From Basidiobolus meristosporus CBS 931.73 (Eukaryota; Fungi; Basidiobolomycota), in the NCBI GenBank assembly GCA_002104905.1, contig MCFE01000156.1, forward strand, positions 1 through 64,000: a DNA stretch of 64,000 bases. Direction: 5' to 3'. Below the pieces are notes generated by a model, which was given only the letters and a program-made list of their open reading frames with translations, was not told the DNA's origin and did not search any database. This document shows, one piece after another, positions 50,180 to 63,702 of the stretch. Both the position numbers and the translations under genes were made by a program. Position 1 is the stretch's first letter, and every line of letters starts with the position of its first letter.

Positions 50180-52166
50180 CCCTCTACCCTTCACCAACAT
50201 TAAGCCCACCCCCACACTTAAAAGGTAACTCCATTATAATCCACCACTCAATAGGTATTTCTGCTGTAACACTCTGGTTCCATGACTTTGGCAGGAACCC
50301 AACAGCTTTATGCCACTTTTCATTCACTGATTCTCACACAACCTGGTCTTCAGCTGGCTCTGCAAGGTTTAGCACCTCATCTGCCAGTCTTTGCAATAAA
50401 TCCTTGCAATATTCAAGTGCATCTTCTTGAGTACTGCTCTTGAAAAAGTGCTGCAACCTCTTGGTGTGCCTATTAATGTTCCAAGACTTCACTGAAGGCA
50501 TTGTGATAGTTTTTGAGCTCTTGACATTATAGCCTTGTCTGCTGGTGGGATCTCCACTCTGTCAACAATGGAGGATATGGAGGCTGTGGTAGACAAATTG
50601 CCTTTTTCAGCAAACTCATCTACCTTGCTGGAGTGTCTCAGCCAGCTGAGCTTCCAACTCTTGTGAAAACAGCTGTTTTCTTGTTGGTAATTCTTCTTGG
50701 CTATGATGGGATTCAGTCTGTTCCTGGCTTGCGGCATTAATTGGCAAGAACTGCAGTTCTTTTTTGCATGCCTCCCTGTCTCAGGCTTAGGTAGACATTT
50801 TCCCTTTACCTTTTCCTTTATCACTGCTAGGTCTTTCACTGCTACTTTATCTGAGTGCTTCACTGAAAGATCTACATTTTCCCCTGGATAAATTCTGCTT
50901 TGACACATCTATTTTGGCCTGCTTGTCCATTGCTGGCACTCTTCTGGCAACCTGACATTTCTTTCCTGCTTGTTTTGAGCTCTCAACTGTAGTTGTGATG
51001 GGCTCCTATAAAAGCTCCTGGCTTTTATCACTTCCAGGTCCTTCACTGCTACTTTGACTGGGTGCTTCTTGAGTGATACTGCATTTTTCCTTGATAAATG
51101 TGGTGCTGGTGCATCTGTGTCTGTATGCTTGTCCCTGATTAGCACTCATCCAGCTACCAGATGTCTTTTTGGTGCTTGTCTGCAGCTTTTGGCTCTGCTT
51201 GTAACAGACTCTTGAGGAAGCTGCTGGTTTTTAGCCATGGCACCCTTGTTCTTCTGCCTTTGATAGTTTCTGCTACTCTTAAGATACTTTCTTAGGATAC
51301 TAATGCTGGCCCAAAATCTGTTTGCCCAATTGAACCCAGGATAATGCTCATGCAACAAGTCAAGTGCATTCTGATTGGCCTTGAGTTCCTGATGGTCCCA
51401 TGGTATGCCAGCCTTAAGGTGATGGCATGCTAGACTTCTGACAGCCTCTTGTATATTAGCCCACTCTTCACTATTGCACCCTACAGCTTCACAGATCTTA
51501 GATGTCATTTGGTTTTTAGGCTTAGGTATAGATACCACATTGTCTCCCTCCCATGCTGTGATTGATTTTTCTGTGGACTTTTACTTTGGGCACTGTTGTT
51601 GTGCTTCAAAGATTGTAAGGTGCTCATCTGCTGTTACATTGTGAAATGGGTCAATTCTTGGCTATAACATTGAGCTGCTTGAGTTCCTTCTTTGCAGCAG
51701 AGATACTGCTTTCTCTACCTGGGAAACTGCTTGCTCTACATAAATTATCCACTCATCCTGTTCCTAGACTATTTCCTGATTTCTCTGGGCCATTGCATCT
51801 ATCCTATCAGCCACTGCATCTATTGCTTCATTAATGCTTTGGTATAAGCTGATAGCATACTTGCTAATATAGGTGGTAGTGATGTTATCAGGGCCACTTG
51901 CTGGTCTTCAACTGAGGGTACTGCCTTTGCTATATTCTCATCTGCCTAAGCATAACAATCAGCTTGTGGCTCCACAAGGTTCTCAATGGCCTACTTGACT
52001 GAGTGCCTGAGGAGTCCACCTTATTACTTTCAATGGGCAGACTGTCCACAGGGTTTTTTTTGCATGTAGCCTGCTTGTTGCACTTAGTGTAAAGCAAGCT
52101 GTTGTCCAACCGTTCTTCTGTTGCTGTCAGCAGTGGGGTTTGGTTGGGAACCAGATGACTTTGCAT
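50180..52166 (-). pseudogene. Accessory (TnpA-like) gene of element Y, fragmented
   Basis: ORF fragments 51146-51538, 50909-51145, 50489-50908; paralogs at 55500-57020 plus 49386-49789 and at about 62330-62641. Confidence 0.6.
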
Positions 52167-52404
52167 TATTTTTGGGCGGCATATATATGCAAGTGAGTCA
52201 AACCAAAGGGGAAATAGTGTTATATATACACATGTATGTGGCACCACAACTTTATTCATAATGGTTACTCTGGTGGATCATCATTGAATCTTACATTCAT
52301 GTAGGTGCAATGTCTCAAATACAAGACTGTCTTAAGTTCACATGAGTATTGACCAAAAAGTGATATAACAGCGTTACGTTGTTGAAGGTCAAACTGTTTG
52401 CCCC

Positions 52405-55039
52405 ATGGAAAAGACCACTTTGACTCAATGCTGTAAGAGAAGAGAAAAAAGACCACGTGGCTATTGCTGCAAGCCTCTCAGCCATGAAGCATGCATACAG
52501 CATAGGAAGTGTTACAAGTATCACAGCTAGTGTTTTGCCACCCAAGTCATATTTGACCACTTATTGGTCACTACTGTACCAACATTATCTTGCCAGCCAG
52601 TTGATACTTTTATATTGGCACCTGGCTGTCTTTGTCACCTTGCACAAGCTGAGTCAGGTGAGTTTGTGACGCCTTTTGGCTCACCTCAGCCTTCTGAATA
52701 TGGCAGCAGAGTGATAGCTATGACAAAAAAGATTTGCTGATGGATTTTGAGCCTATCATCGCTAATAACAGTACCATGTATGAGCCCAGTCAAATCCCTA
52801 TATGCAATGAGATAACACCTGTTGAAACAAATGCCAAGGATACTTAATGAAGCCAATTGAGCCCAGTAATCCATCTACTGACTGATGATGTAATGTTGTA
52901 GCTAGAGAAGTGGGGCATTTCCACTAATATCTGTAATGGGGGTTTTGAGGATTTATTACTACTACTTGCCAAAATCATGCCAGGATGCAACTTACCATAT
53001 ACATGGTACAAGTGGACAATCATCATGTGGCTGGCAACATATGATCCAGAAACTGTCCTGATTCCAGCATGTGTTAACAGTTGCATGGCATTCACATCCA
53101 AAAATGCAACCATTGCAATGTGTCCAAATTGTCAGGAAAATACTACCATGGGGGGAAAACATTGTTCACACTCCGGATACATTCCAGTCAGACCCTGTCT
53201 GAGGAAGCTGATGCAGTCCAACAAATATTGCAAAGCTATAGAGTACCACACTCAGTATCAATCAAGCACAAACATATCCAATATATTTGATGGCAAACAT
53301 TACAAACAGCTAAGAAGCAAGGGCTACTTTGAAGGTATGTATGACCATGCCATTGCCTTGGCACTTGATAAATTCTCATTCAACAAGTACTCTAACAGGA
53401 AATCCTGCTGGCCACTGATTCTCATCAAACTTAATTAGCCACTCAGCTTATGGCATCAGAGCAACAACATGGTGGTAGTCTCACTGGTATCTGGGCCTAA
53501 ATGACCATCCAACCTGGATAGCTACCTGTATCCATTGCTGGATGAATTTTGCATGCTCTCCAGTTGGATAACATTAAATGGCTTCCATGTAAAAGTGCTC
53601 ATTATTATCTGCATTGGAGATACCCCATCCATCAGCTCTTAGTACAGTGGTACTATCTGGCACAATTAGTATGTTGTACAGGTCTTACTTTAGGGCTAAT
53701 CTTTAAATATAGTGCCAGATAGTACCAGTGGACCAAGACAGTGCTATGCATTTTTGTGACATGATACAAGCTACAGGAGCTAGATTCAGAGTGCCATGGG
53801 AATTGAGTACCAGATGCATGTCTTCAGTCCTTCTGTGCTCATACACATCCTGCACAACATTGATCCAAAAAAAAGGTCAAAAAATGGATTTTCTCCAGCA
53901 CAATGAGTGAAACACAGAGGCTGCTTTGCACAAAGATGCAGAGCTATGTTTCACACTCTGTGGCCAAGTATAGGATCACTTGGCCTCCCTGGCACACTAT
54001 GGCATCATTTGGGACTCATGGCTCAATGTGGCACTATCCAACAGAACAAGTCTATTTATTCAAGTGATGTTCTGGAGCCATTCCTACCAAGAGTACATTA
54101 AGAGCATTGGGAGTCATATGTGGACATTGTAGGAGTATTTACCCAGAAGTGGATCACCAATGCCAACTTGACACATCTACAGCGGTAGTGTGAGGAGTTT
54201 GTGACAGGATTTGAGTAGCTATACTACAAACATAAAGCTGAATGCGTAGATCTCTGCTGCTACTGTATCCATTCTCTACTTCATCTTGCACAGTGTGTGG
54301 AGAATATATGGCCTTGCTTCACTGTTTGGGAGTTTCCTATGGAGCAGATGTGTAGGGCGATGGGAAGACAAGTCAAGTTGCAGGTACTACCATATCCCAA
54401 TCTTATCAAGAATACTACCTTCAAGTCTGTCATGGGTGCAATGAGTAGGCGCATGGAGGACAGTCAAAAACAGTTGGAAAATACTAAGGACAAATGTGCA
54501 TATGGAGACATCTATGCCTATGGCATTAAGAACCTAAGCAGCCCAAATGTGTGGGTAATAAGTTAAGTAATGAAAGTTGGGTTAGGTGCAACATGCAACT
54601 AATTTTATTAGTAAAACTCTACCAAGAAATGCCAGATTTATCATGGCCATAAGCCAAATTCTACACTATTTGATACGGAACTCACACAAACAAAAGCCAG
54701 AGTGCACCCATAAGGGGGACCAGAATCCATCAGGGAGAAGGAATATATTGGCTAAATACCAAGAAGTTCTTTGCAGATATTCAGGAGGTATTCATGGCAG
54801 AAGTGGCAACAACCAATCATATGTATGCAAGATGTATATGTTACCAGCAGCACACGGCATATGGCAGCCTTGCAAGTTTCACACCAAAAAGCCATAAAGT
54901 CAAGGTGATAGAAGTATGTCAATTGCAGCAAGTGCGCATGTTTGTAGAGGTTAGTAAGCAGGACACCATAGTTTCTTTTGAATTGAACTATATGTGGAAT
55001 ACCCAAGGTAGTAGTGGGTCAGCAAATAAAGAGGGGTAA
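52405..55039 (+). pseudogene. EnSpm/CACTA (Tnp2 / Transposase_21-like) transposase, disrupted
   Basis: N-terminal RGYCCK..C..H; ACVNSCMAF...CPNC; LALDKF..SCWPLILIKLN..GPK.P.NLDSYLYPLLDE..GDTP; IHSLLHL..W..WEFPMEQ. Confidence 0.85.
53637..54053 (+). mobile_element. Truncated AGACTT foldback element (spacer plus one full arm) inside transposase Y
   Basis: Matches about 47975-48385; ends CAAGTCT followed by ATT. Confidence 0.88.
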
Positions 55040-57020
55040 TTCTAGAGTGGAATATATGAGTTGCACAAGGGGAGGTAGAAAAGGAAATACCACTTGGTAA
55101 ATTGGTATGGTAGCTTTATACAGAACCAACAGTGAGCCAGCACACTGCCAATATAATAACATCAAAGTTTTGCTGTGAGGGCACAAAAATTCAATCAAGT
55201 TTTCTACCATATAAGGCAATTGGATGTCCTGGCCCACTGGATTCACTTAAAATAGTTATAGAGCATTAAAAGACCTCAACAGTACCATGCAAATATTGTC
55301 ACAACACCAATAAAACATTGTCAAGTTTTATCCCTTTATTTGGTTGTAAAATTAGCAAAATACCATCATGATCCCATCATAAGATTGTTAGAAGGGTCAC
55401 TAATTTCAAGCTGCTGGTATTATGACAGTCTCGAAACAGGAACTTGACAGCTGATATGGATTGGATCCACCTGCAGGACTAAATTATTTTTCATAGGGGA
55501 CATTATTAATTTGTCCGTGAGTGGGTTCTCCACTCTGTCAACAATGGAGGGTGAGGAGGCTGTGGTAGACAAATTACCTTTCTCTGCAAACTCATATACC
55601 TCACTGCAGTGTAGCTCAACTGCCTGTACTTCCAACTCTTGTGAAAACAGCTGTTTTATTGTTGATAATTCTTATTGTCTATGATGGGATTTAGTTTGTT
55701 TCAGGCCTACAGCATTCATTGGCAAGACCTGCAGCCTCTTTCTCAAGCTTCCCTGTCTCTGGCTTGGGTGGACTTGTTTCCCTTATCCTTTTCCCTTATC
55801 ACTGCCAGGTCTTTCACTACTACTTTGCCTTGGTGCCTCTTGTATTGAACTACATTTTCACTTTGATAAATGCTACTTTAATGTATCTGTTCTGGCCTGC
55901 CTGTCCCTTGCTGGCACTCTGCAGGCAACCTGGCACTTTTTCCACTTGCTTTGAGCTCTCAGCCCATGCTGCAATAGGCTCCCAGGTAGCTCCTTGATTT
56001 TTATCACTACCAGGTCCTTGACTGCTACTTTGACTGAGTGCTTCTTGAGTAAAACTACACTTTTTCCTCAGTGAATGTACTGTGGGTCCATCTGTGTCTG
56101 TCTGCTTTTCCCTTATTAGCACTCTTCCAGCTACCTCATGTCTCTTTGGTGCTTGTTTAGAGCTTTTGGCCCTGCTTGTAACAGGTTCTTGAGGAAGCCA
56201 CTGGTTTCTAGCCACTGTACCCTTGTACTTCTACATTTGCTGGTCTCTGCAATTCTTGAGATATTTTCTTAGCATACCAATGCTAGCCCAAAACCCATTT
56301 GCTTGATTAAGTCCACAACAATGCTCATGAAGTAAGTCAAGCACATTCTGCTTGGCTTTGAGTTCCTAATGGTCCCATGGTGTGCTTGCCTTAACATGTT
56401 GGAGTGCTGGACTTCTAATGACCACTTGGATATTAGCCCACTTTTCATCATTGCACTCAACAGCCTCATGGATCTTCAATGTTGTTTAATTTTTAGGATT
56501 TGGTGTAAGCACTACAATTTCTCCATCCCATACTGTGATAGGTATTGCTGTGGGCTTTAACTTTGGGCACTATTGTTCTACTTCAGAGACTGTATGGTGT
56601 TCCTCTGCTGTTACATTGGGAGATGGCATAATTCTTTGCTGTGACATCATGCAACTCAAATTCCTTCTTTGGAGCAAAGATACTGCTTTCCCCACCTGGG
56701 ATATTGCTTGCTCTACATCTTTTATCTGCACATCCTGTTTCTGAACTATTTCATCATTTATCTGGGCCATTGAAACTATCCTATCAGCCACTGCACCTAA
56801 GTACTTCATTAAAGATTTGATATTAGCTGACAGCATGCTTGCTACTGCAGGTGGTGGTGATGTTATGATGGCCACTTGCTGGTTTTCAACTAAAGTGCTA
56901 CTTTTGCTGCATTCTCATCTGCCTCAGCATTATGGTCAGCTTGTGGCTTCACATAGATTCCTAATTGCCTACTTGAGTGCAAGCCTGAGCAGTCCACATT
57001 ATTACCTTCTGTGGGCACCT

Positions 57021-57110
57021 AGACTTGTTCTGTTGGATAGTGCCATATTGTGCCAGCCTGTTTAAAATGCTGGATCAATCTGGCACTCTACAGCATTATC
57101 TGACACTCAT
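57021..57110. mobile_element. Related AGACTT terminus (different subfamily, or the other end of a parent element)
   Basis: AGACTTGTTCTGTTGGATAGTGCCATATTGTGCCA matches the foldback TIR for about 35 bp, then diverges; TGGCACT-like repeats follow. Confidence 0.7.
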
Positions 57111-57949
57111 ATTTCTAACATTATGCCAGTGGTTGAATACAGTTGCTTGTACTTTTACTTGAACTTACTTATGTTGCTCAGAGTAGTGCTTTTCTTGCCT
57201 TGTTACTCTTCAAGATGTTCCAGATATATTTTGCTCAGTGGATGTTTTCTTGTATGAATATATTGTGCATTAATAAGTAGCTTACCTTTTCTGATGTTGT
57301 CTCCTATATTTGACTTTCCTCTGTATTTACCTGATAATATGCTCAATCTTGTTGGATATCCAAATTGCTGGAAACCCCTTGCCTATCAACAGAGGCTATG
57401 GTCAAATGAGGTCCTATGTACTTGCTCAAGAAGAATCAAGTAAAAGCACCACAACATCAAATTTTATACAAATCCAAAAGACTGCCAAAATTCCAAGAAA
57501 TCAACATTATATACTCATATTATCAGACCCATCAGGGCAGGTCAAAGAATATCTACTGGGAAAAGAGGAAGTGGAAGAATTTAATTGCCTTATTGATAAG
57601 AGAAATATGTCTCTACAGAGAGCAATCCTAGAAAGGTGTGTACCAGCAATAGAAATCAGCCAGTTGTTGAAATACCAGTACACCCAGCAGCATCAAAAAT
57701 CTAAAAAGAACACTTGTAATCACAGTCTGAGTATTACTCTACTGCATCTACACAGAAAGTTATCAACAAATTCTGGAAATCTCCATTTCCACAATTTACA
57801 AATCAAGAAATTTTCACCGCTATCAAAAATCTCAGTCAACTAATACCAGAAACAGTTTAGCCTATGAAAAAAAATATCCTGAAGATTTATCAAGAACAGT
57901 TGTTAACAACATTATCAAGTGAACAACTACCATTTGAAGTGGAAAAGCC

Positions 57950-58745
57950 TTTCACTCTATTACAGCAGGAAGCTATGCTGCTACAACTAACAATGTGGAA
58001 GTGTAATGTGTTTTTGATTCTGGATCAGAAATCAATGCTTTCACTGCTATGACCTTTGAAAGAATCAAATTGCCATTGACAGAAGTTAACTGGAATATGA
58101 GAGTTGCTACAGGTGCAACAGAGAAGATGCTTGGACTTTGTCACTCTGTGCCAATTGAGATTGGAGGAATCAGGGTTACTTCTCCATCTTTCATTGTTGC
58201 CAATGGACCCACTTTTAAGGTATTGTTACAACAACCATATGAGAGAAAATCTCTTCTACAAGCAGATAACAGACCTAATGGAAGCTTATGGCATACAATC
58301 ACTTCTGATAATTGAACAAGAAGGGCAACCTTTTGTGCAGCAGAAGACAATAATCCAAGAAATGCAGACTCAGTTCTAGTGCAGAATATTCAGATTCATA
58401 AGTGTATTTTGTTTTGTGATCAACACTTCATTCCATCCACAACAAGTAAGACAAATACCAAGTATCAGCCAGTTGCATTGAAAGCAAAGCCAGTATCTAC
58501 TGGAATCTCATCATCAGCCCACAACAATCCTCAAATGGAGCCTTTGCACAAATATGACAAAATCAGACTCACAGAAGAGAAGCTTAAGTAGTTAGCTATT
58601 GGTATTACTCTTACCACTAAGGAGAAAAGTCTCTTTTTGACTATGCTACAATGCTATGACAATGTCTTTGCATTTAATGATGCACAAAGAGGATGCTTAT
58701 CCACAGAGCTATTTCCACCAGTTAAGATCCATACTGTTGAACATA
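57950..58745 (+). pseudogene. Ty3/Gypsy pol fragment (aspartic protease and pre-RT region)
   Basis: CVFDSGSEIN protease motif; VPIEIGG; YQPVALKAKPV; RLTEEKL..EK..VFAF..RGCL..PPVKIHTVEH. Confidence 0.8.
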
Positions 58746-59040
58746 TACTATTGCATTGGAGAAAATCCAACATTTGACCTTTTTCTGAGAAGAATTTTAT
58801 GCATGATGAGCAAGAGTGAAGAAGGATCAAACTCATACATTTTATACTCAATAACATTACACCCAGATTTTAGCTGCAGAGTCTTGTAGCATGTCAAAAA
58901 AATGCATGGCACTAATGTGTTCCTCTGGCACTATATGGCACTATATATAATTATTAGCCCTAAAGTAAAGCCTGTACCAAGCACCCATGGTGCCAGATAG
59001 TACCACTGTACCAAGATAGTGTTTTACATTTTTGTGACAT
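58745..59040. mobile_element. Degraded central part of the AGACTT foldback element
   Basis: Spacer TTAGCCCTAAAGTAA with GTGCCAGATAGTACC on one side and a degraded mirrored arm on the other. Confidence 0.75.
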
Positions 59041-62000
59041 GTTCTGTATAATGCTACTGTACCAATTTACCAGATTGTATTTTCTTTTTCTTCCTCCCCT
59101 TGCTCATTTTGTATATTCCACTGTAGAATCACCCTTGCATTTACTTACCCACTACTTCCTTGGGTATTCCACATATAGTCTGAATCAAAAAATACTATGG
59201 CCTCCTGCATACTAACCTCTACAAACATGCACACCTGCTGCAATTTACATACTTCTATGACATCAGCTTTAGGGCTTTCTAGTTTGATACTTACAGAGTT
59301 ACCATATACCTTGTACTACTGGTAACATATTCATCTTGCAAGCAAATGCTTTGTTGCAGCCACTTCTGTCACGAATACTTGAAAAGAACTTGTTAGTATT
59401 TAGCCAATATATTCCTTCTCCTTGCTGGATTCCAGTCCCCCAGACAGATGCAATTTGCCTCTTGTTTAAGTGAATTCCATATTGAATGGTGTAGAAGTTG
59501 GCTTGTGACCCAGAGAAATCTGGCATACCTAGGTAGAGTTTTCCTGATAAGAATTTACTTGCTTGTTACACCCAACTCAACTTTGCATTACTTAACTGAT
59601 TTCCCATACATTGAGACTGCTTAGCATATTGATGCTGTAGGCATTGGTTTCTTCACATGCACAACTGTCCTCAGTGTTTTTCAACTCTTCCTGGCTGTCC
59701 TCCATGTGCTAACTCATCACATTCTTGAGGGGCTTAAAGGTAATATTCTTGATGAGATTGGGATATGCTGATACATGCAACTTGACTTGTCTTCCTTTCT
59801 CTCCACACATTTGCTCCATAGGAAACTCCCAACAGGTGTGGCAAGGTTTGATATTCTCAAAACACAAAGCAAGATGGAGTAGCAAGTGGATACAGTATTG
59901 GCAGAGATCTATATGCTGAGCTTTATATTTGTAGTATAGCTGCTCATGTCCCATTACAAATTCTTTGCACTGATACTGTAGATGCGTCAGGTTGGCATTG
60001 GTGATCCACCTCTGGATAAATATTCCTATATTGTCCACATCTTACTCCCAATAATTTTAGTGTACTCTTGGTTAAATGGCAACCAAAGGCTACTCAAATA
60101 AGTGCATATCTAGTTCATCCAGTCCTTGTAGTAATGTTGTTGTATATGTATATGAATGTTGATTAGAACCTGTGTGAAGTACTAAGGGTAGCAAATACTC
60201 CGTAATATCTTGTTAATTCTTTCAAACTTCTCTAGTATCTCAAAGGGCTTATTTAGCTTGAAATGCCCCATGTACAACTTGGTTATCAGCATAGGGATAC
60301 TGTTGAGAAGTATATGCATTGCTCTCAGTGGAAAGCTTTTGCTCCAAGAGAACACCCTCTATCTTAAGTATCTGCAGTTTCCAATTGACTCCATATTTTG
60401 GCCAATGGCTTATAGCTTGCCAACTTTGCTATAATTGTACACTGACATCTGTGTTCTCTCTCTGCAAAAGATGATTGTCTTGGTGTTGGTGCTTGGGTAA
60501 TAATAATATGCGTGAGTTATCAAGTATGTCCCTGGATCTTACACATTTGGCAGCAATACCATATATAGTGCCCAGAAAAGCAGGATATCCTGCTGATAGC
60601 TGCAGTATCTACAATGCAGAGAATAGTATGCACTTTAACATGACAGCAATTTACTGTTATGCTGCTGGAAAGAATACAAGATCATCCAGTAATGGATGCA
60701 GGTAGCTATCCAGGTTGGAATGTGATTTAAGCCCAGAAATCAGTGAAACCACCGTCAGATTTCTGATCTGATACTGTAAGACAGGTGGCAGATTAAGTTG
60801 ATGACAATTAGTGGCCAGCAGGATTTCCTGTTAGAGTACTTGTTGAATGAGAATTTATCAAGTGCCAAGGCAATGGCATGGTCATACATACCTTCAAAGT
60901 GGCCCTTGCTTCTTAGCTGCTTGTATGTATTGCCATTAGATATATTGGATATGTTTGAGCTTGATTGATACTGAGTGTGGTACTTTATAGCTTCACAATA
61001 TTTGTTGGCTGCACAAGCTTCAAAGATAGGATATTACCAGAATATAGCTGGAGCGTGAACATTGTTTTCACCCAATATGTGTGGCTTCCTGATGAGTTGG
61101 ACACCTTGCAATGGTGGCATTTTCTGATAAGAATGCCATGCCACTGTTAACACATGCTGGCATCCAGACAGTCTCTGGGCCATATGCTGCCAGCCACCTG
61201 ACAGTTGTCCATTTATACCATGCATATGGTAAGCTGCATCCCAGGAAGATATTGGCAAGTAGGAGTAGTAAATCCCTAAAGCCCCTATTACTCATATTAG
61301 TGGAAATGCCCCACTACTCTAGCCAGAACATCACATCATCTACCAGTAGATAAATTACTGGGCTCACTTGACTTCATAAGGTATCCCTGACATTTTTTTC
61401 AAAGATTTTGTCTCATTGGATAATGGGATCTTGCTGGGATCATGCAGGGTACTGTTGTTAGGAAAGATAGGCTTGCAGTCCATCAGTGAACCTTCTGCTT
61501 CTGAGCTCTCACTTTGCGTGCCCTATTCAAAAGGCTGAGGGGAGCCTAAAGGTGTCACATATTCACCTGACTCAATTTGCGCGAGATGACAAAGATGGCC
61601 AGGTCCCAATACAGAAGAACCAACTGACCAGCAAGATAATATTGCTACAGTAGTGACCAATGAATGGTCAAATATGACTTGTGTGGTAAAACACTGGCTG
61701 TGATCCTTGTAATACTTCCTATGATGTCTGCATGCTTCATGGCTGAGAGGCTTGCTACAATAGCCACATGGTCTTTTTTCTCTTCTCTTACAGTGTTAAA
61801 TCCAAGTAGTCTTGTCCATGGGTCAAACAGTTTGACCTTCAACAATGTAATACTATTATATCACTTTTTGGTCAATACTGATGTGAATTTAAGAAAGTCT
61901 TGTATTTGAGACATTGCACCTACTTGAATGTAAGACTCAATGATGTGTTATGATCTGCCGCTTAAATAATTAAATTAGATCAGTTTTTAGTCAAATCAAT

Positions 62001-62641
62001 TAGTATATGTTTAGGTTATCAGTATATCAGTATTATCTATGAAATCAGTAGCATTAGTCAGCAAATGAATCAGCAGATCCTTATCAGACAGAAATAGATA
62101 TATTAAGTAGGATCTTATTGGGTGATGATGATGCAATCAAATGAGTCATCAGCCACAACCTACATTAGGAAATACAATTAGTCAGCAATTGAACTGGCAA
62201 AATGTATATAAGGAGCTGCTGGAACCTCAATAAAAATCAGTTCAAGTTTTAGTGAATACAATACTAGCTAAACTCCCTATTCCTCTACAACTCTTATACC
62301 AAGACTTGTAACAGATGACCCACCAGAGTAAGCATCATGAATAAAGTTGTGGTGTCACATACACATGTATATGTAACACTATTTCCCCTTTGGTATGACT
62401 TACTTCCATGTATATACTGCCACAAAATAAAGCAAGTTGTCAGGTTCCCAGCTAAGCTCCACCACCAACAGCAGCAAAAGAATGGTTAGAAACATCTTGC
62501 TGTGACAATTGGTGTAATAAACAAAGCTACATCCAAAAAAGGCCATGCTGACAGTGTGCCCACTGAAGGCAATAATGCAGACTCCTCAGGCTTTCAGTCA
62601 AGCAGGTAATTGAGAACCTCTAAAGAGCCACAATTGGGTGC
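59041..62641 (-). mobile_element. EnSpm/CACTA-like element Z (transposase pseudogene about 59140-61819 on the minus strand; start of accessory gene on the plus strand); ends missing
   Basis: Reverse-collinear with 51950-55110; CIHLLLHL..WEFPMEQMCG; PACVNSGMAF..CPTH. Confidence 0.85.
61946..62313. mobile_element. Solo LTR, family C (368 bp), in the bidirectional intergenic region of element Z
   Basis: TGTTA...TAACA ends; 4-bp TSD GATG; absent at the homologous site of element Y (about 52280). Confidence 0.88.
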
Positions 62642-63702
62642 TGTGGTAGTGTATAAGTACAAGGGAGGGATATGTCCAACACTTCTCAAGTGTTATGTGT
62701 TAGGTGTTCACTGAATGCAATAATCTCTGGCAAAAGCTTGCTAGGAATACTTGGGTTCTGTCTCTAATCTAATGTGATGGAGAACAAAGCCATAAGCTTT
62801 TCAAGGGAAAATTATTGAGCTACAATCCCTAACTTAATTGGCATCTTAACAAAAGTATGTTCTGGGTTCAGCGTCCTTTGAGATGGTAATATCCTTGGGC
62901 TTCCATAGTTGAATAACTGTAAACTCCACAAGCACGGACTTGATATGAATACAGCTATGGTCAATAGTTACAATGACAGAAAGTATCTTTGCCTGTACAA
63001 AAACAAACTTGGGAAAGAATCAAATATTATAAAAGATACCTACACTGAGTATTCCTCACAAGTAGTGCCTCCAAGGTCAGTTGGCTGTCAACATGGTTCC
63101 CTGGAAGTATCCTGTTGTGTGGATTGGAAGCTCAGGTAGCAGCAAGTAGCAGTGATCACACTGACAAACAAGTTGGCTTATTGAAAAAAGGGATGATGAT
63201 TTATTGTTCAGGGATTGCCTCCCTTACTTACTTTTCTCATTGGCAAAGTGATTACTAATCATGGAGTTCCAGAAGGTTCCAGATATCCATTGAAGTTATA
63301 TTGACATTAGAATGACCTGAGAATGTTTTAAGTATGTGCCAGAAGGATCCAAGAGGAACAGCACATGCCACCAATCAGGAATCAATTTATGTAACCTGTG
63401 TAACATAGGGATACCACCTATTGTATGAAATGGTAGGGGTGGTGACACATTTGGTCATGTGTAATGGGTACTGGCACAGGCACTTGCCTGATATAGATGT
63501 ATTTGCTTCTAGCAATCTTAGATAAAGTGAGGGATAACTTATGCAATAAGGTAAGCAGGCAGGATAGTAAAGCGGCTTATGTATAGTATTGATCAAGTAA
63601 GATAAATGTGATAAATCTAACATCAGGGTAGTAGTAAAAAAGGGAGGTAGAGGTATAGGAATGAGTACATATGTCAGTGGGTGTCACTATAAACCCACTA
63701 CA
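62642..63702. mobile_element. LTR, family B, second copy
   Basis: Collinear with 1513-2583; TGTGGTAG...CCACTACA; no TSD evident. Confidence 0.9.

Larger units (their letters stand above)
49790..55499. mobile_element. EnSpm/CACTA-like DNA transposon Y with both ends (about 5.7 kb)
   Basis: TIRs CCCTATAAAAAATTATT / AATTATTTTTCATAGGGG; ACA on both flanks; host gene of element X resumes at 55500; repeated motif TGATCCCATCA at 49811, 49863, 55369. Confidence 0.82.
44127..57020. mobile_element. EnSpm/CACTA-like element X (left end plus accessory gene), interrupted by Copia copy 3 and element Y
   Basis: Starts CCCCTAGGAGAAATT; 44127-44162 plus 49082-49789 plus 55500-57020 is collinear with 49790-52100 of element Y. 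Confidence 0.75.

Noticed and set aside
62909-63139. 76-aa ORF inside the family-B LTR
   Set aside because: Frame is broken in the homologous LTR at 1513-2583
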